DNA from: an uncultured Aequorivita sp.
GTDB lineage: Bacteria > Bacteroidota > Bacteroidia > Flavobacteriales > Flavobacteriaceae
Assembly: GCA_964431895.1 (NCBI GenBank)
Contig: CAYSLM010000001.1
Coordinates: 792-64,791 of the forward strand
Length of the DNA: 64,000 nucleotides
Reading direction: 5' to 3'
Shown here: in pieces, positions 47,903-57,306 of the stretch
How the letters are laid out: each line of letters starts with the position of its first letter
Position numbering within the stretch: position 1 is the first letter of the stretch
Program-made: the position numbers and the translations under genes
The notes under the pieces: model-generated
Databases searched by the model: none
What the model saw: the letters and a program-made list of their open reading frames with translations, nothing else
What the model was told of the DNA's origin: nothing

Positions 47903-48819
47903 TAATCCTGCTTTAATGCAACTGATGAATAATAGGCTTTATCCCTTTGTATTTTACGGTACCTCGGGAGATAAGTGAGCAAAAATACAATAAATACTAT
48001 TGGTGCAATTAGCCAAATTGCAAATAACAAATAATATTTAAAATAAACGAGCCATTTACGCCTTTCCTCCCCCTGCTTTTTGCTGATGTGATTGGCCCAT
48101 TTTGAAAATACCATGTTGCCGCGGATGTCGGTAGCGATGAGAGAGGGATCTACCTTGGCGCCTCCCAGCGCCAAAAGTTTTTGTTGCAAAAGTGAATAAT
48201 CATTTTGGAGCAAGGCTTCCCCTATGGGAAATCCAAACCGCGCGGCCGTTTCTATATCCCGATCGGAAACACCGGGCTTGGGAAAAATTCCGAAGAGACG
48301 GGTCTTCTTGCCGCCCATCAACCAATGTACAATAGTTATTACACTGATATGGTTCAGGTTTCTATCTACCAAGGCAATATTGCCTACCAATTTGGCCTGG
48401 TTGGCAAGCAGAAGCTTTTTCATCTTTTCCTGGGCCATAATCCACATATTGCGGTTTGCCGAGACGGTAATCACGGGAGTATTGGCCAGCAAGGTGTGGG
48501 CCGCTTTCGATTTCAAAAATGAATTGACCGGGATGCAGGGCGTTAAGAACCAAGTAGTGTAGCCCAGAATAACCAAGTCAAATTTCTTTTGAAGGATTTC
48601 CGGGGCAATAGGTTCTATCGCAGCCGGTATTTGCAGGAAGGTCTCGGGAAAGGCTCCATAAAATTCGTCTTGCGGCCAGGGAAAGGGGAATTTTTTCTCG
48701 GGAACGATTTCGCAGTAAGAAACATTTACCTCCTCGCCCGAAATGGTGGAGGTTATGTTTTTCAGGATTTCAAGAAGCTGTCCTGTTTGCGTATAATATA
48801 GAATTAAAACTTCTTTCAT
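47902..48819 (-). CDS. darA: Dialkylresorcinol condensing enzyme
   Basis: YYTQTGQL, FPFPW, RNMWIMAQE, PGVS motifs. Confidence 0.9.
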   Translation of the reverse strand: MKEVLILYYTQTGQLLEILKNITSTISGEEVNVSYCEIVPEKKFPFPWPQDEFYGAFPETFLQIPAAIEPIAPEILQKKFDLVILGYTTWFLTPCIPVNSFLKSKAAHTLLANTPVITVSANRNMWIMAQEKMKKLLLANQAKLVGNIALVDRNLNHISVITIVHWLMGGKKTRLFGIFPKPGVSDRDIETAARFGFPIGEALLQNDYSLLQQKLLALGGAKVDPSLIATDIRGNMVFSKWANHISKKQGEERRKWLVYFKYYLLFAIWLIAPIVFIVFLLTYLPRYRKIQRDKAYYSSVALKQD

Positions 48820-48822
48820 GGC

Positions 48823-49704
48823 CTAATCGTCCGTTTCCCAAAAATCGAAATAGTTGAACCACTGCAGCGGATATTTTTTCAGCATCCATTCCACGCTTTG
48901 GGTATATTTTTTTAACAAACCTTGGGCATCGCGGTTTTTTACCTCGGCCCGTCGAGCATACAAGTGATAATGTTTGTTGGTTTCCTTCATTACGTAAACG
49001 AACAGTACGGGCACCCCCAGCCTACTGGCCAGCAAAAATGGGCCCGCGGGAAAATTGGCCTTCTTGCCCAACAAAGTTTCCGTCATCACTTTTTGGCCCT
49101 TCATATACCTATCGCCCGTAAAACAGACCAGCTCGCCCTTGCCCAGCGCATTGTTGATTTCAAAAATGTGCGACATGTCTTCCTTGACCAAAATGAATTT
49201 TATATTGGAGCGCATGGTCACTTTTTCCATATATTCCTTGATATTCCTATGCTCGGCATCGGTGGTCACCAGGCTTATTTGTGAGCGCGTGTCTATATCC
49301 TGAAAAAAGTATTCGGCTATTTCAAAATTGCCCACGTGGGCGCTTATCATAATGCCGCCCTGCCGTTTATCGAGCAGGTCTATAATATTTTCCACCCCGT
49401 CGCATTCGTGGGTAAACCTATCTTTAAGGCCCGAGGAGATGGCGGCCTTGTCTATGATGGTCTTGCCAAAAACAAAGTAACTTTTATAGATACTGATAAT
49501 ACTCTTCGGCCAAGAATAATCCAGTCTTTTCCGGAAATAATAGTATATGGATCGATTGCTTTTTCCGGCAAAGAGAAAATAATAAAAAGCGACGAAGTAA
49601 AGCAGCCCGTATGCCGCGCGAACCCCTAATTTTCTTATAAGAAATATAAATATCTTATACCCGAGAACGGTTCCTTTGCTCTTGCCTTCCCATTCACCAG
49701 CCAT
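48823..49704 (-). CDS. LpxL-family acyltransferase
   Basis: SAHVGNFE, GDR, YPLQWFNYFDFW. Confidence 0.9.
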   Translation of the reverse strand: MAGEWEGKSKGTVLGYKIFIFLIRKLGVRAAYGLLYFVAFYYFLFAGKSNRSIYYYFRKRLDYSWPKSIISIYKSYFVFGKTIIDKAAISSGLKDRFTHECDGVENIIDLLDKRQGGIMISAHVGNFEIAEYFFQDIDTRSQISLVTTDAEHRNIKEYMEKVTMRSNIKFILVKEDMSHIFEINNALGKGELVCFTGDRYMKGQKVMTETLLGKKANFPAGPFLLASRLGVPVLFVYVMKETNKHYHLYARRAEVKNRDAQGLLKKYTQSVEWMLKKYPLQWFNYFDFWETDD

Positions 49705-49722
49705 ACGTAGTTATTGCAAATT

Positions 49723-49965
49723 TCAGCTGATTTTTGTTTCAATCAGGTCGTAAAAATCTTGAAGTGTAATAACATTGAGAAAATCCTCACCGGTCAATTT
49801 CACGCCAAAGTTGGCTTCAATGGCAACGACCAAATCTACAAAGTCCAGACTATCCAACTCCAGAGTTTCCTTTAGGTTGGCCCTTGGTTCAATGTCATCG
49901 GTCTCTACCTCAAACTCATCTACCAAAAAGTAGTTTATCTTTTGTACTATAACGTCTTTGTTCAT
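49723..49965 (-). CDS. Acyl carrier protein
   Basis: LELDSLDFVD site; start at ATG 49965. Confidence 0.93.
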   Translation of the reverse strand: MNKDVIVQKINYFLVDEFEVETDDIEPRANLKETLELDSLDFVDLVVAIEANFGVKLTGEDFLNVITLQDFYDLIETKIS

Positions 49966-49967
49966 TT

Positions 49968-51188
49968 TTATCGTGTGCATTTTTTAATTATCAATGCGGA
50001 ATTGGTTCCCCCAAAACCGAAAGAATTGGACAAAAATACGTCAATTTTTCTATTTAACGTTTTATTAACAAGGTTTAATTTTGAAGCGGCCTCGTCTGGG
50101 GTCTCCAAGTTAATATTTGGAGCTATAAAACTGTGCTCCATCATCAACATTGAATAGATGATCTCGCTGGCCCCAGCCATCCAGCATTCGTGGCCGGTCA
50201 TAGATTTTGTGGAGCTTACGAAGGGGCCATTTTGGCCAAAAACACTGGCAATGGCAAGGGCCTCGTTGGCATCGCCCACGGGGGTCGAGGTGGCGTGTGC
50301 ATTTACATAGTCAACCTCGGCAGGATCCACTTTAGCCTGCTCCAAGGCCATTTTCATGGCGCGTGCAGGGCCGTCAACATTGGGGGTGGAAATATGGTCG
50401 CCGTTTGATGAAAACCCATAGCCCATTATTTCGCCCAAGATAGGTGCCCCCCGTTTTACGGCACTTTCGTAGCTCTCCACGATCAAGGTAGCGGCGCCGC
50501 CACTGGGCACCAGACCGTCGCGATCTTTGTCAAAGGGGCGAGACGCCTTTGTGGGCTCGGCGTTGGTTGAAAATACCCCCAGCCCGTCAAAACTGCCCAT
50601 GGCAAATGGATTTATTTCCTGCGCCCCCCCGGAAATGATGCAATCCTGCAATCCATTTTTAATAAGAAAATAAGCCATCCCCACCGAATGCGATCCACTG
50701 GCGCAGGCAGCACTGATGGTAAAATTGATGCCGCGCAGTTTAAAGATGGTAGCCAGGTTCATGGTAACCGAAGAATTCATCGCCTTAAAAATGGCACCTG
50801 AACCCACCAGTGTGGTATCCTTCTTTTCTCGAATTTTATCAACCGATTCGATCACCGATTTTGCGGTGCTATCATTGCCATAAAGAATCCCCACGATATT
50901 ATTGTCCAGAAATTCCTGATCTATTTTTGCGTTTTTTAAGGCCTCGACCGTGGCGGCATAGGCATAGGCGCCCTCCTCGCCCAAGCTCACGCGCTCGCGC
51001 CGGGAAAGCTGGCCTTTTAGATCTGGCTCGGCAACCATACCCGTAAGGCAGGAACGGTACCCAAAATGCTCGCGGCCTTGGTCGTAAACAATTCCAGATT
51101 TACCTTGGTAAAGGGAATCCTTCACTTCCTGCAGGTTTTTGCCAATGCAGGAATAAATGCCCATTCCGGTTATTACTACTCTTCTCAC
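49968..51188 (-). CDS. Beta-ketoacyl-ACP synthase (FabB/F-like)
   Basis: SAACASG, NAHATST, TGHE, NSFGFGG. Confidence 0.95.
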   Translation of the reverse strand: MRRVVITGMGIYSCIGKNLQEVKDSLYQGKSGIVYDQGREHFGYRSCLTGMVAEPDLKGQLSRRERVSLGEEGAYAYAATVEALKNAKIDQEFLDNNIVGILYGNDSTAKSVIESVDKIREKKDTTLVGSGAIFKAMNSSVTMNLATIFKLRGINFTISAACASGSHSVGMAYFLIKNGLQDCIISGGAQEINPFAMGSFDGLGVFSTNAEPTKASRPFDKDRDGLVPSGGAATLIVESYESAVKRGAPILGEIMGYGFSSNGDHISTPNVDGPARAMKMALEQAKVDPAEVDYVNAHATSTPVGDANEALAIASVFGQNGPFVSSTKSMTGHECWMAGASEIIYSMLMMEHSFIAPNINLETPDEAASKLNLVNKTLNRKIDVFLSNSFGFGGTNSALIIKKCTR

Positions 51189-51200
51189 TTCTCCTTCGTT

Positions 51201-51953
51201 TTATGAATAAATCCCGCCATTGATATTGATGATCTCCCCTGTAATATAAGAAGCTTTTTTTGATGCCAAAAAACTGACCACATGGGCCACCTCCTCGGCT
51301 TCCCCAAAACGGTTGGCGGGGATCATTTTCTTCAGTTCCTTCTCGTCCAGTTCTGCGGTCATATCGCTTTTTATAAACCCGGGCGCTACGGCGTTTACGG
51401 TAATGTTGCGTTTGGCAACTTCCTGGGCCAGCGCTTTGGTGGCACCGATGACCGCTCCCTTTGCCGCCGAATAATTAACCTGGCCGGGAGTTCCCTTTAA
51501 ACCGGAAACAGAGACCATGTTGATTACGCGCCCGTATTTGTTGACCAACAATTTTTGGATCAAGGCATTGGTAACGTTGTAAAACCCATTTAAACTCGTA
51601 TTTACCACACTGTGCCAGTCGTCTGGTTTCATCCACATAAACATGCCGTCCTTGGTGATTCCGGCATTGTTTATAATGACCTCAATGATAGCATCTTTAT
51701 GGGATTCGCCCCATAGGTCAAGTGCCTTATTTACGGCTTGGGCATCGGTAACGTCAAATTGGAGGATTTCGCCCTGGCCGCCCACGGCTTCCACTTGCTT
51801 TAAGGTTTGCTGGGCAGCTTCCTTATTGCCGTTATAATTGATAAGAAGGCGATAATCGAGATCTTTTGCCAGTTGGACGCATACCGCGCGGCCAATGCCC
51901 CGCGAACCTCCTGTTACCAATGCGTATTTTGGTTTGGTTGTTTTTTCTTCCAT
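51201..51953 (-). CDS. fabG: 3-oxoacyl-ACP reductase
   Basis: TGGSRGIG, NNAGITKD, NYSAAK, VAPGFI. Confidence 0.93.
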   Translation of the reverse strand: MEEKTTKPKYALVTGGSRGIGRAVCVQLAKDLDYRLLINYNGNKEAAQQTLKQVEAVGGQGEILQFDVTDAQAVNKALDLWGESHKDAIIEVIINNAGITKDGMFMWMKPDDWHSVVNTSLNGFYNVTNALIQKLLVNKYGRVINMVSVSGLKGTPGQVNYSAAKGAVIGATKALAQEVAKRNITVNAVAPGFIKSDMTAELDEKELKKMIPANRFGEAEEVAHVVSFLASKKASYITGEIININGGIYS

Positions 51954-51971
51954 TTAAATTCTTTCGTGCAA

Positions 51972-52018
51972 GCGGAATCCTCCGCCTTTGGCGTCTCTCC
52001 TTGAAAAAAAGGATTGGA
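51972..52018. repeat. Degenerate multi-hairpin REP-like remnant
   Basis: gcgga-atcc-tccgc, cgcc-ttt-ggcg, tcctt-gaaaaa-aagga. Confidence 0.4.
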
Positions 52019-52080
52019 CTATTTATTTGATTTAATTTTTAGGATTTAATTTTGCGGGGCTACCACTTTCCCGCCGAAAA

Positions 52081-53214
52081 CTATTTTGAAGTATCCACGA
52101 AAACCTCGGCATTGTCGTGCCATTGGCCCAAGACCTGGCCTTTTTCATCTATAAAACCCCATTTTTTGTCTTTCTTGACACGGGCAAGACCGTCTTGGAA
52201 ACCTTTTTCCGAGCCTTTTTGCAAAAAGCCGAACATACCTATTGAGATGTCATATTCCATAGGGATAACGAGTTTTCCGGATTTATCGACAAAACCCCAC
52301 AATTTCTTTTCTTTTACGGGTGCCAGGCCGTTGTCTGCAAATATTTCGGCATCCTTGTATTTTAGATCAATTACCGTGTTTCCCTTTTCGTCAATATATC
52401 CCCAATTTTTATCTTCATAAACCGGAGCCAACCCTTGGTTAAAGGCCCGGGCCTTTTCGTACTGGGGTTGGATCACCCATTCGCCCTTGCTGTTGATGAA
52501 GCCCATCATTTTATTGCTCCGGGCGTAGGTCAAGGGAGAGTCATTGGTAAAATCCCAGATTTTGTCCACACCACTAATTGGGGTAAACGTTCCGTCTATA
52601 AGCACGCCAAAGCTATCGCCTTTTCGGGCCCAGATTCCGTTTTTGCTATAGTCGCCTATTTCCTGGTAATCTGCCGGAACGAAAACTTCTCCTTTTTTGT
52701 TCAATAGACCCCAGTTTTCGCCATCCTTATATTTTGCGTAGCCGTTGTTAAAGCCTTTTATTTCATCGTATTTTGGCTCTAGGATAATTTTTCCGTTGAT
52801 ATCCATCAACCCAATTTTTTCACCTTGCCGGATGACGGCCACTCCGTTGTCAAAGTCGTAATATTTGTCTGTGGCAGGCACAGTCAGGGTTTCGTTTTTG
52901 TCGTTGATGTATTTCCATTGCTTATCCTGTTCTACCAAAGCATATCCAGAGTTGAATGCTTTCACACGGTCATACTGGGGCTGGATAACCCATTGGCCCG
53001 AAGTATTGATAAAACCCCATTTTTTATCCTGCATGGCCGCGGCGTACTTGCCAGAGAAACTATCGGCCTTATCGAATTGGGGCTGGATGGCATAATTGCC
53101 CGTTTTATCAATGTAACCAAACTTACCATCGTCGCGTACCAAGGCGAGTTCCTGGGCCGAAACGCCTGTAAAACAAAATATTACAATAATCGCAAGGGAG
53201 TAAAGTGTTTTCAT
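52081..53214 (-). CDS. WG-repeat secreted protein
   Basis: Repeated KWGFI(N/D)xxG units; signal peptide. Confidence 0.92.
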   Translation of the reverse strand: MKTLYSLAIIVIFCFTGVSAQELALVRDDGKFGYIDKTGNYAIQPQFDKADSFSGKYAAAMQDKKWGFINTSGQWVIQPQYDRVKAFNSGYALVEQDKQWKYINDKNETLTVPATDKYYDFDNGVAVIRQGEKIGLMDINGKIILEPKYDEIKGFNNGYAKYKDGENWGLLNKKGEVFVPADYQEIGDYSKNGIWARKGDSFGVLIDGTFTPISGVDKIWDFTNDSPLTYARSNKMMGFINSKGEWVIQPQYEKARAFNQGLAPVYEDKNWGYIDEKGNTVIDLKYKDAEIFADNGLAPVKEKKLWGFVDKSGKLVIPMEYDISIGMFGFLQKGSEKGFQDGLARVKKDKKWGFIDEKGQVLGQWHDNAEVFVDTSK

Positions 53215-53273
53215 AATCAAATAGTTTTTGAGTTAGTTGAGGAGAGTCGAACAATTTACAAATTATTCTGAAT

Positions 53274-54800
53274 TTACCTAACGGAATCCATCAAAAATTC
53301 CTTCACTTGGTTAACGTACGGATACATCACCACATCCTCCTTAAAGACGGGAACGATGGCACGGATTTCATCGTACATTTTTTTGGTTTCGGAAGAAATG
53401 CTGTCCTGTAGCTTTAGATACTCAATGGCCTGAACGATGGTGATAAGCTCGACGGCCACCACTTCAAAAGCATTTTCAATTACCTTTTTTGCAATGAGGG
53501 CCGCATTGGTGCCCATACTCACTATATCCTGGTTGTCGTTGTTGTTGGGAATGCTGTGTACGTACATGGGGTTGCTGAGCATCTGGCTTTCGGCCGTGGT
53601 GGAGGTGGCAGTAAATTGTACGCCCTGCATCCCAAAATTCAGCCCCAGTTTGCCCAGGTTGACAAAGGGCGGAAGAATATCGTTCAACTTTGAATTGAGC
53701 AGGTAATTGAGTTGCCGTTCGGCCAGCATCGTCATCTTGGCCACTACGATCTTCAACTTGTCCATTTCCAGCGAAACGTAATCGCCGTGAAAGTTTCCGC
53801 CGTGGTACACATTGCGTTTTTCCACATCGACAATGGGGTTGTCGTTGGCCGAATTGACTTCTTCTATCAAAATTCTTTCAACGGAGTTCAAGGTGTCCAG
53901 CACGGGGCCCAAAATTTGGGGCACGCAGCGGAGAGAGTAGTATTCCTGCACTTTTTCAACAAAAACCTCCTCGTTGATGGAACCGTTGTACAAATGGTGC
54001 TCGCGCTTGCGGGTAAGTTTGCTGTCCTTTAAATGGGCGCGCATCATTTGGGCAATCTGCCGTTGGCCGCTATGTCTTTTGGTGTGGTTCAGTTCTTGTG
54101 ATAGGTGGTCGTCATAGGCCTTTACGATCTCGTTTATGGCCGAGGAGGCAACGATCATCCAGTTCATTATTTGTTTGGTGTACAGCACGTTTACCACGCC
54201 AATCCCCGTCATGACCGAGGTGCCGTTCATAAGGGCAAGCCCTTCACGCAGTGCGACCTTTATGGGCTGCAGGCCTTCTTTTTTAAAGACTTCCTCGGTG
54301 CTTTTTCTTTCCCCTTTATAAAAAACTTCGCCTTCGCCAATCAATACGAGTGCCAAATGGGCCAGCTGTACCAAATCGCCACTGGCGCCCACCCCGCCGT
54401 GTTCATAAATAAGCGGAATAATATCGCGGTTCAGCAACTCGCCCATCAATTCAATGACCGAAGGATGCACCCCACTATAGCCCAGGCTCAAGGTGTTCAA
54501 CCGGGCCAGCATAGCCGCCCGCACGTAGTTTGGCGCAATTGGGTTGCCGGTGCCCGAGGCGTGGCTTCGTATAAGGTTATACTGCAACTGTATGCGCTGG
54601 CTGTCCTTGATTTTGTACTGCGCCATGGGCCCAAAACCGGTATTGACCCCATAAATAATTTTGTTTTCCGAAAATTCTTTTAGAAAGTCGAAACTTTTTT
54701 GAACCCTTTCTATTATATCTTTGTGAAGTTGGACGGGCTCGTTTTTGAATATGGTTTTATCAAAATCCGCAATGTCCAGTTTTCCCTGTAATGTTGGCAT
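53274..54800 (-). CDS. Aromatic amino-acid ammonia-lyase, likely tyrosine ammonia-lyase
   Basis: YGVNTGFG, GASGDL (MIO), YSLRC, GGNFHG, NQDIVS; closely resembles the Flavobacterium johnsoniae TAL as recalled; cluster context. Confidence 0.9.
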   Translation of the reverse strand: MPTLQGKLDIADFDKTIFKNEPVQLHKDIIERVQKSFDFLKEFSENKIIYGVNTGFGPMAQYKIKDSQRIQLQYNLIRSHASGTGNPIAPNYVRAAMLARLNTLSLGYSGVHPSVIELMGELLNRDIIPLIYEHGGVGASGDLVQLAHLALVLIGEGEVFYKGERKSTEEVFKKEGLQPIKVALREGLALMNGTSVMTGIGVVNVLYTKQIMNWMIVASSAINEIVKAYDDHLSQELNHTKRHSGQRQIAQMMRAHLKDSKLTRKREHHLYNGSINEEVFVEKVQEYYSLRCVPQILGPVLDTLNSVERILIEEVNSANDNPIVDVEKRNVYHGGNFHGDYVSLEMDKLKIVVAKMTMLAERQLNYLLNSKLNDILPPFVNLGKLGLNFGMQGVQFTATSTTAESQMLSNPMYVHSIPNNNDNQDIVSMGTNAALIAKKVIENAFEVVAVELITIVQAIEYLKLQDSISSETKKMYDEIRAIVPVFKEDVVMYPYVNQVKEFLMDSVR

Positions 54801-54863
54801 TTATGGTTGAATCTATTGATTTGTTAACTTGTTGGTCCGAAATAATCTGAGAAATTTAGAATG

Positions 54864-54871
54864 CAAATTTA
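54864..54871 (-). promoter_or_regulatory. -7 element TAAATTTG, likely main promoter of the pigment operon
   Basis: Exact TAnnTTTG 63 nt upstream of the TAL ATG. Confidence 0.6.
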
Positions 54872-54901
54872 GAATTTTTTAACAATCTATATCTTAATAA
54901 T

Positions 54902-56146
54902 ATGAATGATATTGCTGTTGATGTGTTAATTATTGGCGCCGGGCCTTCGGGCTGCGTGGCTGCCTCCTACTTGAAAAACAACGGAGTAAGCTGCAAGGTA
55001 GTTGAAAAAAGCACCTTTCCGCGCTTTGTGATTGGCGAAAGCCTCTTGCCGCGCTGCATGGACCATTTTGAGGAAACCGGCCTGCTCGATGCCTTGATGG
55101 CGCGCCAATACGAAATAAAATCGGGCGCCCGATTTTTGAAGGATGATGTAGTGTGCAATTTTGATTTCAGCAAAAAACATACCCCGGGATGGGACTATAC
55201 CTGGCAAGTGCCCCGTGCCGATTTTGACCACACCCTGGCCAAGGAGGTGGAGAAAAAAGGCGTGGATATAACTTTCGGGCACGAGGTAACCGATGTGGCT
55301 TTTGACGCCCAAGGCCATTCCACCACAACGGTAAAGGACGAAAACGGAAAGGAATATAAGGTAAGTGCAAAATTCATCATAGACAGCAGCGGGTACGGGC
55401 GCGTATTGCCACGCTTGTTGGACCTTGACAAACCCTCTTCCCTTACTCCCAACTCCGCCATCTTTACCCACGTAAAAGACAGCCAACGTCCCGCGGGCGT
55501 GGAAGGAACCCTTATCACCTTTGATATTGTTCGGGACGACGTTTGGCTGTGGGTCATTCCTTTTTCAAACGGAACCACCAGTATCGGTTTTGTGGGCCCA
55601 ACAGATTTTATCGAATCTTATGAGGGTTCCAACACCGGCAAGCTGCGCGAAATGCTGAAGCTTTCGGAATATTATTACGACCGGCTTAAGGACGAGGAAT
55701 TCCTTTTTGAGCCGCATATCATAAAAAACTACTCCAAAGCAGTGAAGCAGCTCTACGGAAAAGGCTATGCCCTTACGGGAAACAGCGCCGAATTTTTGGA
55801 TCCCGTGTTTTCATCAGGCGTTACCTTTGCCACGGAATCTGGGCTAAGGGCCGCCAAATTGGTCACCAAACAACTCCAAGGTGAAGATGTAGATTGGGAA
55901 GAGGAATACACCGGCCACATCATGAAAGGCGTTGATGTGTTCAGGACCTATGTGCACGAATGGTACACGGGCAATCTTCAAAAAATATTTTTCCACCGCC
56001 CGGAAAACCCTGTTATTAAAGAACAGATCTGCGCCGTATTGGCGGGCTATGTTTGGGACCAGACCAATCCGTTCGTAAAAAACCACGACCGCCTGGTCAA
56101 GACGGTCGCGAAGGTTATTGATATGGAGAATGAGCGGGCTATGTAG
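54902..56146 (+). CDS. Flavin-dependent halogenase-like oxidoreductase
   Basis: IIGAGPSG, FPRFVIGESLLP, WLWVIP (WxWxIP), FLDPVFSSG. Confidence 0.85.
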   Translation: MNDIAVDVLIIGAGPSGCVAASYLKNNGVSCKVVEKSTFPRFVIGESLLPRCMDHFEETGLLDALMARQYEIKSGARFLKDDVVCNFDFSKKHTPGWDYTWQVPRADFDHTLAKEVEKKGVDITFGHEVTDVAFDAQGHSTTTVKDENGKEYKVSAKFIIDSSGYGRVLPRLLDLDKPSSLTPNSAIFTHVKDSQRPAGVEGTLITFDIVRDDVWLWVIPFSNGTTSIGFVGPTDFIESYEGSNTGKLREMLKLSEYYYDRLKDEEFLFEPHIIKNYSKAVKQLYGKGYALTGNSAEFLDPVFSSGVTFATESGLRAAKLVTKQLQGEDVDWEEEYTGHIMKGVDVFRTYVHEWYTGNLQKIFFHRPENPVIKEQICAVLAGYVWDQTNPFVKNHDRLVKTVAKVIDMENERAM

Positions 56147-56151
56147 CGCGT

Positions 56152-56754
56152 TTATTTGGCTTTTTTCTGGATATTTTTCGCAATGGTCTTGGCCAGTTTG
56201 GCGTAAGCCTCAGAAATTCTATAACCAGAATCAAAGTCATACCCCATGGCGCCCTTGCCTTCTACTTTGGTATATTTGGCTTTCCAAAGCACCTGGTTGG
56301 GGGCATCCGTTTTAAAGACCGAAACTGTGGCCTCAAGTTTAGAGTTTTGCCGCATCACGCCCACGTTATAGCCTGCGTACATCATGGTGGTGTGGATTTT
56401 CATGGTGTATTCGGCACCTATGTCTTTTCCTACTTTTACTTCGCCATCGTCAAAACGCTTGTTGAACGATTCAATGAAACGGGGCTCATATTGCTCCTCC
56501 CGGTCATTGAACCACGCCTGTTTAAATTTTTCGCCGGTGCCGGGTTCCTTTTCTTCGCGCTTGGCCATTTTGTCCTCAAGAAATTCTTCCTCTGAATCAT
56601 ATTTCGGGATGGACAGGTTTGAATAATCAAACTCAAGGTTGTAGGCCGAAATTCCTTTCAAGTTTTTAAAACTTCCTTCTACCACCTTTACTTTTTGTGA
56701 GAAGGCGAAGGTACCAAACAGCAAGGCAACAAACAGTACTAATTGTTTTTTCAT
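56152..56754 (-). CDS. Secreted hypothetical protein
   Basis: Signal peptide from ATG 56754; convergent with the halogenase (5-nt gap). Confidence 0.8.
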   Translation of the reverse strand: MKKQLVLFVALLFGTFAFSQKVKVVEGSFKNLKGISAYNLEFDYSNLSIPKYDSEEEFLEDKMAKREEKEPGTGEKFKQAWFNDREEQYEPRFIESFNKRFDDGEVKVGKDIGAEYTMKIHTTMMYAGYNVGVMRQNSKLEATVSVFKTDAPNQVLWKAKYTKVEGKGAMGYDFDSGYRISEAYAKLAKTIAKNIQKKAK

Positions 56755-56997
56755 AATTGAGATTTTTAGTGTTAATGATTCCAAACTTATCAAATAAAAT
56801 TTATGTGGAAGCTTCGGCTGGAAAAAATAATTGTAGAAAAAAGAAAGACCAACACCTGTAAAAGGTGCCGACCGGGGTACGGAAAACGGGATGTTTTTAA
56901 GGGCTTTGGCGGGAAAACAAAATGACAACCTTAACCAAGCATTGGAATTGGGAAGAGGGGAACGGCAAGCGATTTCTGGGGATTTCCCCGAAAAATA

Positions 56998-57029
56998 AAA
57001 AATCCCAAACTTTTTAAAGTTTGGGATTT
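56998..57029 (-). terminator. tRNA terminator hairpin
   Basis: aaatcccaaacttt-tt-aaagtttgggattt with an A-run on the left. Confidence 0.8.
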
Positions 57030-57036
57030 AATTCCG

Positions 57037-57109
57037 TTGGCCCACTAGGGCTCGAACCTAGACTCTTCTGAACCAAAATCAGACGTGTTGCCAGTTACAC
57101 CATGGGCCA
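57037..57109 (-). tRNA. tRNA-Gln(TTG)
   Basis: TGGCCCATGGTGTAACTGGCAACACGTCTGATTTTGGTTCAGAAGAGTCTAGGTTCGAGCCCTAGTGGGCCAA; cloverleaf with TTG anticodon and GTTCGA T-loop; CCA not encoded. Confidence 0.96.
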
Positions 57110-57126
57110 ATTCCATAATGTGGGCG

Positions 57127-57134
57127 CAAATTTA
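57127..57134 (-). promoter_or_regulatory. -7 element TAAATTTG for tRNA-Gln
   Basis: Exact TAnnTTTG 17 nt upstream of the tRNA. Confidence 0.7.
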
Positions 57135-57306
57135 ATACAAAGTTTGGCTTGTGCAAACATTTTAGGGCAAAAAAATAAAGTATCGCGAGCCGCCCAATTT
57201 CTGTGCAATCAAAAAATATAGCACGATATTGTGCGTTAGCCCATTTACTTATGTGGTGCTATCCATATTATTAGTAAATTCGTCCCTTTCAAATTTAAAC
57301 GCGCTT

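Larger units (their letters stand above)
22341..56754. other. Flexirubin-type aryl polyene/dialkylresorcinol biosynthetic gene cluster
   Basis: TAL, CoA ligase, several KS/CLF, two ACPs, FabG, hot-dog dehydratases, darA/darB, MMPL-acyltransferase, GT2, LolA, deacetylase, ABC, methyltransferase, halogenase; 22341-54800 is co-oriented on the minus strand. Confidence 0.93.

Noticed and set aside
22140-57109. Pigment cluster as a tRNA-Gln-integrated island
   Set aside because: It lies downstream of the tRNA 3' end, but I found no duplicated tRNA end near 22.1-22.3 kb, no integrase and no obvious compositional break.
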